A stretch of 64,000 nt of DNA from Anaerohalosphaeraceae bacterium (GCA_050309605.1 JBNRMN010000063.1:46758-110757), one strand, 5' to 3'; shown: positions 1-10,345, counted from the stretch's first letter. The notes: a model not told the origin generated them from the letters alone. Made by a program: numbers and translations.

Positions 1-638
1 CTTTTGGGTACGGCCAAATCCACCCGCTCAATGTGTTCGGTGGTAATTTTGCGGCCGCCCTGGATGTCCATCGGTCCGGAGGACTCATGCCGCAGTGCGA
101 CCCAGACATTCAAGGCGCTGAACTGCCGAAAAAGAATGTCCATCAGTCCTTTATAGAGGTCGTCAAGCGTTTTCTGTCCGCCGAAGGTTTCGACGGCTTC
201 GTGGAAATGGTGCATCCGCTTGGCCGGAAAGCGGATCGGCGGGGCGTCGGAGGCATCGACTTTGCGATCCACCGTGTGCAGTTCGCGTCGAATGTGATCT
301 TCTCCAATGAGCGTGTCTTCCAGATTCATCCGGCGATCCTGATCCTCATCGTCTTCGAGGCTGACGCGAATGGTAAAGTCCGCAATGCGGATTGTGTCGT
401 TGTGTTTCAGCTCGGCCTTGTGGATCGCCTGATCATTCAGATAGGTCTTGTTCGAGGAACCGAGGTCTTCGAGAATCCAGTCGCCGTCTTTGGTGGTGTA
501 AAATACCGCGTGCTGACGCGAGACGGCCTTGTCGGGAAGGAAGACCTGACTGCCCATCTGTCGTCCCACGTAAATCGGCCCCCGGTCGAATTTCAGTTCG
601 TTAACGCTGCTGCTGCCGAGACTTACAAAAAGCCGCAT
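1..638 (-). CDS. FHA-domain protein, 3' end truncated by the window edge
   Basis: Manual translation from ATG at 638 gives MRLFVSLGSSSVNELKFDRGPIYVGRQMGSQVFLPDKAVSRQHAVF...ILEDLGSSNKTYLN, which has the GR, SRxHA and DLGSxNxT FHA motifs. It is not in the ORF track because it runs off the window. Confidence 0.85.
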   Translation of the reverse strand, partial: MRLFVSLGSSSVNELKFDRGPIYVGRQMGSQVFLPDKAVSRQHAVFYTTKDGDWILEDLGSSNKTYLNDQAIHKAELKHNDTIRIADFTIRVSLEDDEDQDRRMNLEDTLIGEDHIRRELHTVDRKVDASDAPPIRFPAKRMHHFHEAVETFGGQKTLDDLYKGLMDILFRQFSALNVWVALRHESSGPMDIQGGRKITTEHIERVDLAVPK

Positions 639-681
639 AATAACCTCGCTTTTAGCTTCTTTAGGTTTGTCCAACGCCGAA

Positions 682-709
682 ATTATACTGTGTTTTTTCG
701 TCGTGTCAA
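682..709 (-). promoter_or_regulatory. sigma70-like promoter for the FHA gene
   Basis: Minus strand TTGACA-16 bp-TATAAT, about 45 bp upstream of the ATG. Confidence 0.6.
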
Positions 710-876
710 AGGATATGCCAAAAGAAAAAAGCAGGACAGGCCCTCCGTGTTCAGACGGGTGCAAGTCGTGTTTTTTGGAAAATTTACTTGGCAATGCGGG
801 ACGGATCGGGTAAAACAATGTCCTTAATGCGATGACGTATCCGGCTTAACGGTTTTTTTCTTTAAGGGGTCGTGCA

Positions 877-2202
877 ATGAACCAATCGGCATCATCGGCG
901 TCAGGTACTTCACACAAGCCAAAACTGCTGCCGCCCGGGGACATTTTCCCGTTTGTTCTGCTGGCAAGCTGTTTTGCCTGGTGGGGCATTGCCAACAATA
1001 TGACCGATCCGCTGGTGCGGGCGTTTACCGGCATTTTTGAGGACTTGAGCAACTTTCAGTCTTCGCTGATTCAGTTTGCGTTTTACGGGGCGTATTTCGG
1101 ACTGGCGATTCCCGGCTCCATCATCGCCCGCAAGTTCGGCTACAAAAGCGGCGTGCTGATCGGGCTGGTGCTGTATGTCATCGGCTGTTTTCTCTTTTAC
1201 CCGGCCAGTCTCATCCAGCAGTTCATCCCGTTTTTGATCGCGTTTTACGTCCTGGCGGGGGGGCTGTCCATCCTTGAGACCAACGCCAACCCCTATGTGC
1301 TTGTGCTGGGGCCGGAAGAAACCGCCACGCAGCGGCTCAACCTGGCTCAGTCGTTCAACCCCGTCGGCTCGGTCATCGGGACGCTGTTGTGTCAGATTTT
1401 GATTTTGGCCAAGCTGGAGGCGCTCAAGGCACAGTCCGCCGACGCAACCGCCGAGCAGCTTCAAACTCTCCAAAGCCAGCAGCTTGCCATTGTCATTACC
1501 CCGTATTTGATCGTCGGCGGTGTTCTCGTGCTCATCTGGTTATTGATTGCGATGACGAAGATGCCCTATGTGGTCGAGTCGGATAAGAATGTCCATTTTG
1601 CCGCTACGGTCAAACGCCTGCTGAAAAATCCCAACTATGTCTTCGCGGTTGTCGCTCAGTTCTTCTATGTCGGAGCGCAGATTTCGGTCTGGACCTATAC
1701 GGTCTATTACATCCCCGACCAATTGGGGCTGTCCGGCAGCGAGGCGCTGAAGTATTACCACACCCCGGCGCTGATTATCTTTGGTGTGTTCCGGTTTATC
1801 AGCACGGCCGTGATGAGCCGCGTCGCGCCGCACCATGTGCTCAAGTTTATGGCCTTTGCCGGCGTGGTCTGTTCGGCGATTGTCATCGGCGTCGGCGGCA
1901 AACTGGGCGCCTTTGCGCTGGTGGGCATCTCGGCGTGTATGTCGCTGATGTTTCCGACGATTTTCGGTCTGGGCAGCCGCGGCCTGGGCGAGGATACCAA
2001 AATCGGCGGCTCCGGGCTGATTATGGCGATTCTGGGCGGGGCGATTCTGACCCCGATACAAGGATACATCATCGACATTGCCAATGTCAGCATTTCCTAT
2101 ATTGTGCCGTTTGTCTGTTTTGTTGTCATTGCCGCGTATGCGATTTTCGCCGGCAAGGTCAAACTGCCTGCTGCGAGCGTAACTACCGTGACAGAGTCTT
2201 AA
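877..2202 (+). CDS. fucP: L-fucose:H+ symporter, MFS permease
   Basis: FHS-family motifs (SSLIQFAFYGAYF, LETNANPY, QRLNLAQSFNPVG, QFFYVGAQ, SLMFPTIF); about 12 TM segments; next to fucU. Confidence 0.85.
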   Translation: MNQSASSASGTSHKPKLLPPGDIFPFVLLASCFAWWGIANNMTDPLVRAFTGIFEDLSNFQSSLIQFAFYGAYFGLAIPGSIIARKFGYKSGVLIGLVLYVIGCFLFYPASLIQQFIPFLIAFYVLAGGLSILETNANPYVLVLGPEETATQRLNLAQSFNPVGSVIGTLLCQILILAKLEALKAQSADATAEQLQTLQSQQLAIVITPYLIVGGVLVLIWLLIAMTKMPYVVESDKNVHFAATVKRLLKNPNYVFAVVAQFFYVGAQISVWTYTVYYIPDQLGLSGSEALKYYHTPALIIFGVFRFISTAVMSRVAPHHVLKFMAFAGVVCSAIVIGVGGKLGAFALVGISACMSLMFPTIFGLGSRGLGEDTKIGGSGLIMAILGGAILTPIQGYIIDIANVSISYIVPFVCFVVIAAYAIFAGKVKLPAASVTTVTES

Positions 2203-2230
2203 ACGCCCTGGTCTAAATGAGGAAAATCCA

Positions 2231-2662
2231 ATGTTAAAGCATATTTCGAATCTCATCAGCCCTGAGCTGCTGAAAATCCTGATGGAAATGGGACACGGCG
2301 ACGAAATCGTCCTGGCCGACGGCAATTTTCCCGCTGCCTCAATCGCGCGTCGCCTGGTGCGGGCCGATGGGCACCCCATCCCGTCGCTGCTGGAGGCCGT
2401 TTTGAAACTCTTTCCGCTGGACAGCTATGTGCCTCGTCCCGCAGCCTTGATGCAGGTTGTTGCCGGCGATACCGTCAAAACGCCTATCTGGGACGACTAC
2501 CGTAAGATTCTCACTGCCTCCGGAGAACCTTTCACCGACTTTGAGCACGTCGAGCGGTTTGCCTTTTATGAACGCGCCAAACAGGCCTACGCCGTCGTGG
2601 CCACCGGCGAGACCGCTCTCTATGCCAATATCATCCTCAAGAAGGGCGTTGTTGTGTCATAA
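2231..2662 (+). CDS. fucU: L-fucose mutarotase, RbsD/FucU family
   Basis: MGHGDEIVLADGNFP, ERFAFYERAK, TGETALYANIILKKGV. Confidence 0.9.
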   Translation: MLKHISNLISPELLKILMEMGHGDEIVLADGNFPAASIARRLVRADGHPIPSLLEAVLKLFPLDSYVPRPAALMQVVAGDTVKTPIWDDYRKILTASGEPFTDFEHVERFAFYERAKQAYAVVATGETALYANIILKKGVVVS

Positions 2663-2772
2663 AAGCCCTTGGTTGGAGATGTCCAGACCCTACAAACACT
2701 CGGCCAAAGCCGTCATCTCGCGGTCTCTTTAACAAGATACAATAAACCCAAAATATACAAATTAAAACACAA

Positions 2773-2801
2773 TTGACTTTTGTGCCGGTGCCGCGTAGTA
2801 T
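2773..2801 (+). promoter_or_regulatory. sigma70-like promoter upstream of ribE
   Basis: TTGACT-17 bp-TAGTAT with an AT-rich upstream tract. Confidence 0.5.
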
Positions 2802-2844
2802 CCACCAATTGTCTGGAAAACGAACAAATCCGTCGGTGAATACA

Positions 2845-3489
2845 ATGTTTACAGGCTTAATAGAAGCGATCGGCACGGTGCGCCAAGCACAACTGCGGGG
2901 CGGGCAAATGAATCTTGAAGTCAATTTAGGCCCGTCAGTTTCGCAGGGCACTCGGCTCGGAGACAGCATTGCCGTCAACGGCGTCTGTCTGACGGTCAGC
3001 GAACTGCACGGCGGTTGTGCGCGATTCGATGTCAGCGGCGAAAGTCTGTCCAAAACAACCCTTAAGCATCTCACGTCCGGTTCCAAAGTCAACCTTGAGC
3101 GGGCGATCAGTGCCCAGGGACGATTCGGCGGGCATTTTGTACAGGGGCACATTGATGGAACCGGGACGATTGCAGCCATTCGAAAGCAGGGCGATTACGC
3201 GACGTTTCGATTTTCCGCACCGCCGGAGTTACTGACGCAAATGGTCTTGAAAGGATCTGTGGCCGTGGACGGCGTCAGTCTGACGATTGCGGCCCTGGAT
3301 CAGAGCGGTTTTGAGGTCGCCCTCATTCCGACCACACTCAGGGATACCATCTGGCACCTGTCCAGCGTCGGCGACGCGGTCAACATTGAAACCGACATGC
3401 TCCTTAAAATGGTGCGTCGCCAGATTGAGCAACTGCTTCCCGAAAGCGGTACGCTGACGGCCGAGAATCTCAAATCGCTTGGTTTTTAG
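2845..3489 (+). CDS. ribE: riboflavin synthase alpha chain
   Basis: N-terminal MFTGLIE, GDSIAVNGVCLTV, GGHFVQGHID, KGSVAVDGVSLTI. Confidence 0.95.
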   Translation: MFTGLIEAIGTVRQAQLRGGQMNLEVNLGPSVSQGTRLGDSIAVNGVCLTVSELHGGCARFDVSGESLSKTTLKHLTSGSKVNLERAISAQGRFGGHFVQGHIDGTGTIAAIRKQGDYATFRFSAPPELLTQMVLKGSVAVDGVSLTIAALDQSGFEVALIPTTLRDTIWHLSSVGDAVNIETDMLLKMVRRQIEQLLPESGTLTAENLKSLGF

Positions 3490-3555
3490 ACGCGCCTCAG
3501 CCCCGGCTCGACGCTGTCCCTTTGGTCAGCAGCACGGCGGCGGACGGTATGGCAA

Positions 3556-4596
3556 ATGACGATGACGGACAACCACACAACACGACTTCTCGGCAACGAC
3601 CTGGTGATCGGCATTACGATGGGCGATCCCGGCGGCGTCGGCCCGGAGATCATCGTCAAGGCGCTGGCCGATCCGGCATTGAGGCGTCAGGCCAAGTTCA
3701 TCCTGTTCGGGCTGGATGAGGCGCTGGAATACGCCGCCGACCTGATGGAGGTTGAGCCGTTTTGGTTCCGCTTTCCTCATGAAAAACTCAGCCGGGACTA
3801 TCCGCGGCAGGTGTCCGTGGCCGATTATGACGACTATTCGGCCCCGTCGTGGATTCATGCTCCGACCCGCGCCTCCGGCGAAGCGTCGATGCGATTTTGC
3901 GTGGATGCGGTTGGCGCCGCCCGGCGGGGGCTGATTGATGCCGTGGTCACCGCTCCGATCAGCAAGACAAGCTGGAAACTGGCCGGAAGCAAATGGCCGG
4001 GACATACCGAGATGCTGGCCGACTGCTGCAAGTCGCCCCGCAAGGCAATGATGTTTGTGGCCGGGCCGCTGAAGATGGCCCTGGCGACGATTCACGAGCC
4101 GCTGTTTGAGATTCGCCATAAGTTCACCATCGGCTGTGTATTCGAACCGATTGATTTGCTGGATGCAGCTTTGAAAGAGTATTTCGGCATTGCCCGGCCG
4201 CGGATTGCGGTGGCGGGGCTAAATCCGCACGCCGGCGAAGACGGCCAATTCGGCGATGAGGAGCAGCGCATCATCAAGCCGGCCATTTTGCTGGCTCAGG
4301 AAGCGGGCATCCTTTGCCAGGGGCCGTATCCGGCCGATTCGCTGTTTGTCCGCGCCGCCCGCGGCGAGTTTGACGGTGTGGTGGCGATGTACCACGATCA
4401 GGGGCTGATTCCGGTCAAGATGCTGGCCTTTGACCGTGCCGTGAATGTCACTATCGGCCTGCCGATTATCCGCACCAGTCCGGCACACGGCACGGCCTTC
4501 GACATTGCCGGCAAGGGTGTCGCCAATGCCGAAAGTATGAAATCCGCCATCCAAACCGCCGTCACGATGGCACGAACAAAGACGATGTCGAAGTGA
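3556..4596 (+). CDS. pdxA: 4-hydroxythreonine-4-phosphate dehydrogenase
   Basis: ITMGDPGGVGPE, GHTEML, GLNPHAGE, AMYHDQG, RTSPAHGTAFDIAG. Confidence 0.95.
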   Translation: MTMTDNHTTRLLGNDLVIGITMGDPGGVGPEIIVKALADPALRRQAKFILFGLDEALEYAADLMEVEPFWFRFPHEKLSRDYPRQVSVADYDDYSAPSWIHAPTRASGEASMRFCVDAVGAARRGLIDAVVTAPISKTSWKLAGSKWPGHTEMLADCCKSPRKAMMFVAGPLKMALATIHEPLFEIRHKFTIGCVFEPIDLLDAALKEYFGIARPRIAVAGLNPHAGEDGQFGDEEQRIIKPAILLAQEAGILCQGPYPADSLFVRAARGEFDGVVAMYHDQGLIPVKMLAFDRAVNVTIGLPIIRTSPAHGTAFDIAGKGVANAESMKSAIQTAVTMARTKTMSK

Positions 4597-4622
4597 TCAT
4601 AAATTGTGTTGTATGACTAAAT

Positions 4623-5507
4623 ATGCAGACCAAACAGGACATTGAGCGGTTGTTGGCCGGGGCGGGATTGTCGCCGAATCGGCGGCTGGGTCAGAATTTT
4701 CTGATCGACCTGAATCTGATGAGGATGCTGGTCGAAGCGGCGCATCTGACCGACCAGGATGTCGCGCTGGAAGTGGGGACGGGCACCGGCTCGTTGACCG
4801 AAGAATTGGCTTTGCGGGCCGGGTACGTCATTACGGTGGAATATGACACCGGTTTGGCGCGATTGGCGGCGTCCCGGCTGGCGGCGTTTGACAATATTTC
4901 GGTTTTGCAGGGCGACGCCCTTGAAAGCAAGAATGCCCTCAATACCGAGATGCTGGCAGCGATTGAGTCGGCGCGGTCGCAATACGCCGGTCGGCTGGTG
5001 CTTGCGGCCAACCTGCCGTACAGTGTCGGTTCGGTGGTGATGGCCAACCTGATGGTCGGGCCGGTCACGGCTGATGTGATGGTCGTGACGGTGCAAAAGG
5101 AAGTCGCCGACCGCATGGCCGCGACGCCCGGACACGACGAGTACGGCACGCTGAGTATTCTGATGACCGCGACCGGCCGGGTGCATTTGTTGCGAAAGCT
5201 GCCGGCCTCGGTCTTTTGGCCGCGGCCGCAGGTCGAATCGGCGATGGTCGTATTTGAACGCGACTCGAAAAAAGCGGCGCAGATTCACGATATGGCGACT
5301 TTTCGACAGGTCATTACGTTGTTTATGGGGCATCGGCGAAAGATGCTCAAGGCCTGTGTCAAGTTTGCCGATGGCGCGCTGGCCCATATTCGCCATTGGC
5401 CGACGATCTTCGAAGAGGCCTTCGTCGATCCGCATCATCGCCCCGAAGAACTGACCGCTGCCGACTATATCAATATCGCCAATTTGTGTTATGAACAAAC
5501 TCGATAA
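4623..5507 (+). CDS. rsmA: 16S rRNA m6,2A dimethyltransferase
   Basis: LGQNFL, EVGTGTGSLT, ANLPY, QKEVADR, FWPRPQVES; follows pdxA. Confidence 0.95.
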   Translation: MQTKQDIERLLAGAGLSPNRRLGQNFLIDLNLMRMLVEAAHLTDQDVALEVGTGTGSLTEELALRAGYVITVEYDTGLARLAASRLAAFDNISVLQGDALESKNALNTEMLAAIESARSQYAGRLVLAANLPYSVGSVVMANLMVGPVTADVMVVTVQKEVADRMAATPGHDEYGTLSILMTATGRVHLLRKLPASVFWPRPQVESAMVVFERDSKKAAQIHDMATFRQVITLFMGHRRKMLKACVKFADGALAHIRHWPTIFEEAFVDPHHRPEELTAADYINIANLCYEQTR

Positions 5508-5545
5508 TCGATGACAACGATGATTTATGTGTGGAGATCATCTCA

Positions 5546-6148
5546 ATGAATCAACATCAACGCGCGATGGATACCATCGCTGTGCACAAACAGGTGCTGG
5601 CTCAGCTTGAGGGGCGCGGCCTTGAGATGCTGTCGGCTGCCGCGTCGCTGCTGACCGTATGCCTGGCCGACGGCGGGTGCGTGTACGTCTGCGGCAACGG
5701 CGGCTCGGCGGCGGACGCGCAGCATATCGCCGCCGAACTGGTCGGACGGTTCGCTCGTGAACGCAAAGGACTGGCGGCTGCGGCGCTGACAACGGATACT
5801 TCGATTCTGACGTCCGTGGGCAATGACTACGGCTTTGAGCAGGTGTTCGCGCGGCAGGTCGAGGCGCTGATGCGACCGGGCGATGTGCTGTGGGCATTTT
5901 CCACCAGCGGCACCAGCAAGAATGTACTGGCCGCCGCGGACAAGGCAAAACACCTTGGCGGAACCATTTTGGCCTTTACCGGCAAGCCCGATACGCCGTT
6001 GGAACAGATGGCCGATGTCTGTCTGGCGCTGGACGGGCCGACTGCGACTGTTCAGGAAGTTCACCAAGTTGCCTATCATATCATTTGCGATCTGGTGGAA
6101 GAAGCGTCAATGAACACTCCAATACAACGCAAAGGAAAGACGACCTGA
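5546..6148 (+). CDS. gmhA: phosphoheptose isomerase, SIS domain
   Basis: CGNGGSAADAQHIAAEL, GNDYGFEQVFARQ, STSGTS, QEVH. Confidence 0.9.
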   Translation: MNQHQRAMDTIAVHKQVLAQLEGRGLEMLSAAASLLTVCLADGGCVYVCGNGGSAADAQHIAAELVGRFARERKGLAAAALTTDTSILTSVGNDYGFEQVFARQVEALMRPGDVLWAFSTSGTSKNVLAAADKAKHLGGTILAFTGKPDTPLEQMADVCLALDGPTATVQEVHQVAYHIICDLVEEASMNTPIQRKGKTT

Positions 6149-6801
6149 TGAGAAAAAATGTAATTCTGTTGGCTATCGGTATGATGCTTTCGGCGTCGGT
6201 CAGTGTTTTGGCGGCGACCAACGGCGTCCAGACCTTTGATTTTTTGTTCAAGTCCGGCGACGTGTTGTGGATCGGCGAGGACATCGGCGGCGAGTATGAG
6301 TTGTCTGTGCTGCATCAGGTCGTCGTTCGCGATGATGGGGTTGCCGCCGGACAATCGGAATTAAAAACCTTTCGCCAATGGGCGCCGATTGCCGCGCTGG
6401 ATACGTCTGTTCGTACAGAAGCGGTGATCAGGCTGGAATCGCTTTCCGACGGCCGCTGGGGGCATTCGGATTTGACCTGGACGCTGCGGCCGCCGGATGA
6501 AGATAAAACGCTGACCGAGTTATTTATCGCCCATGTCCAGGCCGGCGGCAGCAACGCCGAGAGTTTTTATGCCGCTGAGCAGGCCCCGGCCAAACAGCCG
6601 CCGCTTTTTCGTGGAGCCGACGCCGAGCCGCTGTATTTTTCCGACCGCGGCCTGTTTTTCAACTATACCATTGATTCGGCCTACGTCTTTGTCCGCAGCG
6701 GATTGGTATTGGTATTCACCCATCAGCCGACAAAAGCCGTCGGACTGGATACGATGCATGGCTTTATTGTAATGCGATTGAACGGCTCATTCGGACAATA
6801 G
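6148..6801 (+). CDS. hypothetical exported protein
   Basis: ATG overlaps the gmhA stop (TGATG); signal peptide MRKNVILLAIGMMLSASVSVLA. Confidence 0.7.
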   Translation: MRKNVILLAIGMMLSASVSVLAATNGVQTFDFLFKSGDVLWIGEDIGGEYELSVLHQVVVRDDGVAAGQSELKTFRQWAPIAALDTSVRTEAVIRLESLSDGRWGHSDLTWTLRPPDEDKTLTELFIAHVQAGGSNAESFYAAEQAPAKQPPLFRGADAEPLYFSDRGLFFNYTIDSAYVFVRSGLVLVFTHQPTKAVGLDTMHGFIVMRLNGSFGQ

Positions 6802-6809
6802 CGCGTGAT

Positions 6810-7445
6810 ATGGCTCATCAACAGCTCAAACTTGTAATTACGGCGGGTGGGACACGGGAGTATCTTGATCCCGTGCGGTTTATCAGCAATGCCAGTTCGG
6901 GACAGATGGGTTATGCGCTGGCGCGGGCGGGCTTACGGGCCGGGCATACCGTAACGCTGATTACCGCCCCGACCGCACTGAAACCGCCGCAAGGCGCCAA
7001 CATGATATCCGTCCAGACCAGCGACCAGATGTTTCATGCCGTTAAAGAGGCGTTTTCGGATTGTGACGTGCTGATTATGGCCGCGGCGGTATCGGACTAT
7101 AAGCCCGCCCAAACCCATCCGGTCAAACTCAAAAAGAAAAACACCGAACTGACGCTGCATCTGGTCCCGACCCGCGACATTCTGGCCTGGGCAGGGCGAC
7201 ATAAACAGTCGTCCCAGCGGCTGGTCGGTTTTGCCCTTGAAGATTGCGACCTGTTTGCCAACGCCGAGGAGAAACTCCGCAAAAAACGGCTTGATATGAT
7301 CGTCGCCAACGCTCCGGACGCCATCGGAGCCGGCGCTTCGGTTCTGCATATCAAAACCCCCGACGGCAACTGGCAGACGCTTAAACACGCCGCCAAATCC
7401 CGTCAGGCCGCCGCACTGATCGCCATGATCGAACAACTCGCCTAA
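6810..7445 (+). CDS. coaB: phosphopantothenate--cysteine ligase, stand-alone CoaB domain
   Basis: ITAGGTREYLDPVRFISNASSGQMG, AAAVSDY, LVGFALE, KLRKKRLDMIVAN; no CoaC domain. Confidence 0.85.
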   Translation: MAHQQLKLVITAGGTREYLDPVRFISNASSGQMGYALARAGLRAGHTVTLITAPTALKPPQGANMISVQTSDQMFHAVKEAFSDCDVLIMAAAVSDYKPAQTHPVKLKKKNTELTLHLVPTRDILAWAGRHKQSSQRLVGFALEDCDLFANAEEKLRKKRLDMIVANAPDAIGAGASVLHIKTPDGNWQTLKHAAKSRQAAALIAMIEQLA

Positions 7446-7455
7446 GATGCGCGAT

Positions 7456-8166
7456 TTAGGTCGCCTCGAAAAATCGATCCAGTAAACGCCACAGAACCTG
7501 TCGCATCGAAGCGCAATGGCCGCAGCCGGTGCGAATCTGCTCAGGCGACTGAATAAACGGTCCGTCGGTCAATTCATCGGCGCAGTGGGCGAGCATTTGT
7601 TCGATGCTTTCGGTCGTGTATTCCAGATGATACTGTAAACCCAATACCCGCCGGCCATACAGAAACGCCTGATTGGTGCAGGCCCGGCTTTCGGCCAGAT
7701 GTATGGCGCCCGACGGCAGGGCGAAGGTATCGCCGTGCCAGTGGAACGCCTGAAAACGTTTCGGCAGGGCATCGGCCAAAGGCGAGTCCACCGCCGCGGC
7801 GGTGCGCGACACCTCAAACCAGCCGATTTCCTTATGGGCGTTGCGGCTGACCTGACCGCCCAGCACATCGGCCAGCAACTGCGCCCCCAGGCAGATTCCG
7901 ATCAGCGGCTTCTGATGGTCGATGCACGCGCGGAGAAATGTTTTTTCGTCTCTGAGCCAGGGATATTCGTTCAGCTCATTCACATTCATCGGGCCGCCCA
8001 TCACGAAGGCCGCGTCAAACGCCTCCGTCGGCGGCAGCGGCTGACCGGCATACAAATGAACCGGCTCAACGGTATGGCCGCGCTGGGCCGCCCATACCGC
8101 CAGATTGGCCGCCTCTTCAAACGGTACATGCATTAGACTGAGAATTCGCACGGGGTGCCTTTTCAT
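7456..8166 (-). CDS. type 1 glutamine amidotransferase
   Basis: GGPM, GICLGAQ nucleophile, WHGD, QYHLE. Confidence 0.9.
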   Translation of the reverse strand: MKRHPVRILSLMHVPFEEAANLAVWAAQRGHTVEPVHLYAGQPLPPTEAFDAAFVMGGPMNVNELNEYPWLRDEKTFLRACIDHQKPLIGICLGAQLLADVLGGQVSRNAHKEIGWFEVSRTAAAVDSPLADALPKRFQAFHWHGDTFALPSGAIHLAESRACTNQAFLYGRRVLGLQYHLEYTTESIEQMLAHCADELTDGPFIQSPEQIRTGCGHCASMRQVLWRLLDRFFEAT

Positions 8167-9380
8167 TGATTTTTGGTATTCACACGCAGTAAGGTAAAGG
8201 GTTCCAGCCCCACGGGCAAACGCAGCCGCAGTTCGTTTTGAGCCACGTCAAGCCATCGGCCGTCGAGGGTTTCGAGCGGGTCAGGCAGCGTCAGGGTTGA
8301 CAGCGAGCCGTCGGGACGCAGCACGTCAAGGGTTTGACCGGCACAAAGCCTGTTGCGAACACGCAGCACACATCCGTTTGGTTCGATGGACTCCACCTCG
8401 GCGACAAAGAGGCTGTCGCCTTCGGAATTGCTGCGCTGCCATTGGTAGTCCTCCGGACCGATGCCGCCTTTGATGAATCCGGTACTGTAGCCGCGATTGG
8501 GTACGTGGTTGAGCCAGGCCAGCGCCTCTGCGGCGGTGAACGACGTGCCGTCCAGAATCTGCCGATACAGGCTGACGACCGAGGCGATGTAATGGATCGA
8601 CTTCATCCGGCCTTCAATCTTGAGCGATCGGACTCCGGCCGCGACCAGCGACGGCACAAATTCAAACAGCGCAAGTTCTTTGCTGTTAAACAAGTATAAT
8701 CCTCGCGCATCTTCGGCAACCGGCATAGTTTGACCCGGACGGGTTTCTTCGACCAGGGCGTATCGCCAGCGGCAGGGGTGTTTGCACCGGCCGCGATTGG
8801 CTCGACCGCCGGCCAGATAATCGCTGATCGCACAGCGCCCCGAATACGAAAAACACACCGCACCGTGGATGAAAACCTCGGTTTCGATTCGCCCGCGCGT
8901 CTGAGCACAAATGTGCTCAATGTGCGAAAGCGACAGTTCTCTGGCCAGATTGACCCGCCCCGCACCCTGTCGGGCATATTCAAGCGCGGCCTGAGCGTTG
9001 GTGGTGTTGGCCTGTGTGCTGATGTGAAGGGCGGCTCGCAGGCCGTGCTCACGCAGCGCCGCCAGCAGCCCCATATCCGCCACAATAAACGCATCGGCGC
9101 CCATGTCGTCCAGCTTTTGAGCCAGCGAAACCAAACGGTCGATTTCATCTGAAAACGGATAAATATTCAGCGTGATATAACCTTTTTTGCCGCGGTCGTG
9201 CAGATAGCGCAGGCCCTGTTCGGCCTGGTCGAGCGTGAAATTGCCCGCAAAACTCCGCAGCGACCCGAATTCAAGGCCGAAATACACCGCATCGGCCCCG
9301 TAGGCAACCGCCCACTTGAGTTTTTCGAGCGTCCCGGCCGGGGCCAGCAGTTCCACCGTGTTGTGAGGGTTCGTTCCCAT
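8163..9380 (-). CDS. U32 family peptidase (TrhP/YegQ-like)
   Basis: ELLAPAG, GADAVYFG, HISTQAN, LARELS, HGAVCFSYSGRC, CKHPCRW, LKIEGR. Confidence 0.9.
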   Translation of the reverse strand: MGTNPHNTVELLAPAGTLEKLKWAVAYGADAVYFGLEFGSLRSFAGNFTLDQAEQGLRYLHDRGKKGYITLNIYPFSDEIDRLVSLAQKLDDMGADAFIVADMGLLAALREHGLRAALHISTQANTTNAQAALEYARQGAGRVNLARELSLSHIEHICAQTRGRIETEVFIHGAVCFSYSGRCAISDYLAGGRANRGRCKHPCRWRYALVEETRPGQTMPVAEDARGLYLFNSKELALFEFVPSLVAAGVRSLKIEGRMKSIHYIASVVSLYRQILDGTSFTAAEALAWLNHVPNRGYSTGFIKGGIGPEDYQWQRSNSEGDSLFVAEVESIEPNGCVLRVRNRLCAGQTLDVLRPDGSLSTLTLPDPLETLDGRWLDVAQNELRLRLPVGLEPFTLLRVNTKNQ

Positions 9381-9485
9381 GGGTTTTCTATAACTCGTAT
9401 CGGAGCTTATTGAAACAGCAAACAGGCTATTGGAAAAGAAAAAACAGTTGCTTTTTCGCACGAAAAAACATAACACTTACCGCTT

Positions 9486-9977
9486 ATGACACACAATGCT
9501 GAAAAACCTGTGATTGTCATCGGGCTGGGCAATCCACTGATGGCCGATGAGGGCATCGGGCCGGCGCTGGTCGCAGCGCTGGCCGAGATGGCCCGGGCGG
9601 GCACGCTGCCGTCGGATGAGGTAGAATATCTGGACGGCGGCTGCGGCGGGATGTATCTGCTGCACTCGATGGCGGGACGCCGAAAGGTCATCCTGATTGA
9701 CTGCGCCAAAATGGGACTTGCCCCGGGCACGCTTCGGCGGTTTACGCCGAATGATGTGGCCACCGTCAAGCAAATGACCCATCTGTCCCTGCACGAAGTG
9801 GATATTCTGCGCGTGATAGAGATGACCGAGATGATCGATCAGCGCCCCGGCGAAATCGTCATCTTCGGCATCGAGCCGCAGCGCATCGAGATGCAAATGC
9901 GCCTGACCGATACCCTGCAAAAACACGTGCCGGACTGCCTGGCGGCAATTGCCGAGGAAATCAATAACTCAAACTGA
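9486..9977 (+). CDS. hydrogenase maturation protease (HyaD/HycI family)
   Basis: GLGNPLMADEGIG, DGG, ILID, SLHE, GIEP. Confidence 0.9.
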   Translation: MTHNAEKPVIVIGLGNPLMADEGIGPALVAALAEMARAGTLPSDEVEYLDGGCGGMYLLHSMAGRRKVILIDCAKMGLAPGTLRRFTPNDVATVKQMTHLSLHEVDILRVIEMTEMIDQRPGEIVIFGIEPQRIEMQMRLTDTLQKHVPDCLAAIAEEINNSN

Positions 9978-10129
9978 CCGATGGCCAGCTTGAGAGATCA
10001 AAAATCAAAAATTAAAGAGCAAAATTGAGGATTCGCCCTTTCGGGCGAGCCATTTGATTGCTCTTTTCAGAACTGTAACTTTTGACGATAGTTATGTCAA
10101 AACAGGGCCGGTTTTCGGTCAGTTTGAGT
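9967..10129. mobile_element. MITE-like element, copy 1 (163 bp)
   Basis: Perfect 15-bp terminal inverted repeat ACTCAAACTGACCGA / TCGGTCAGTTTGAGT, flanked by a CAATA direct repeat; related copies at ~38518 and ~50291. Confidence 0.75.
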
Positions 10130-10345
10130 CAATACAACGTAAGTCGTTAACGAAAAAAATATAAACGGCTTCGGCTAAAGGCCGAGTCCGCAATTTTGAT
10201 ATTTGATTTTTAATTTCTCATACAGACCTCTGAACAGTACTGTAAGCGATTTCCATACCGCAAAAGGAGGCAATCTTTGCTCCGGTCTGGAAGGCCAATC
10301 TATATTGGCCCGACCCAACAGAACAGAGCCAAACCTTAATGGTTT

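Noticed and set aside
33..827. 264-aa plus-strand ORF
   Set aside because: Antisense shadow of the minus-strand FHA gene; no recognisable motifs.
5890..6147. N-terminal extension of the 303-aa ORF
   Set aside because: It overlaps gmhA; the signal peptide begins at the ATG at 6148, coupled to the gmhA stop.
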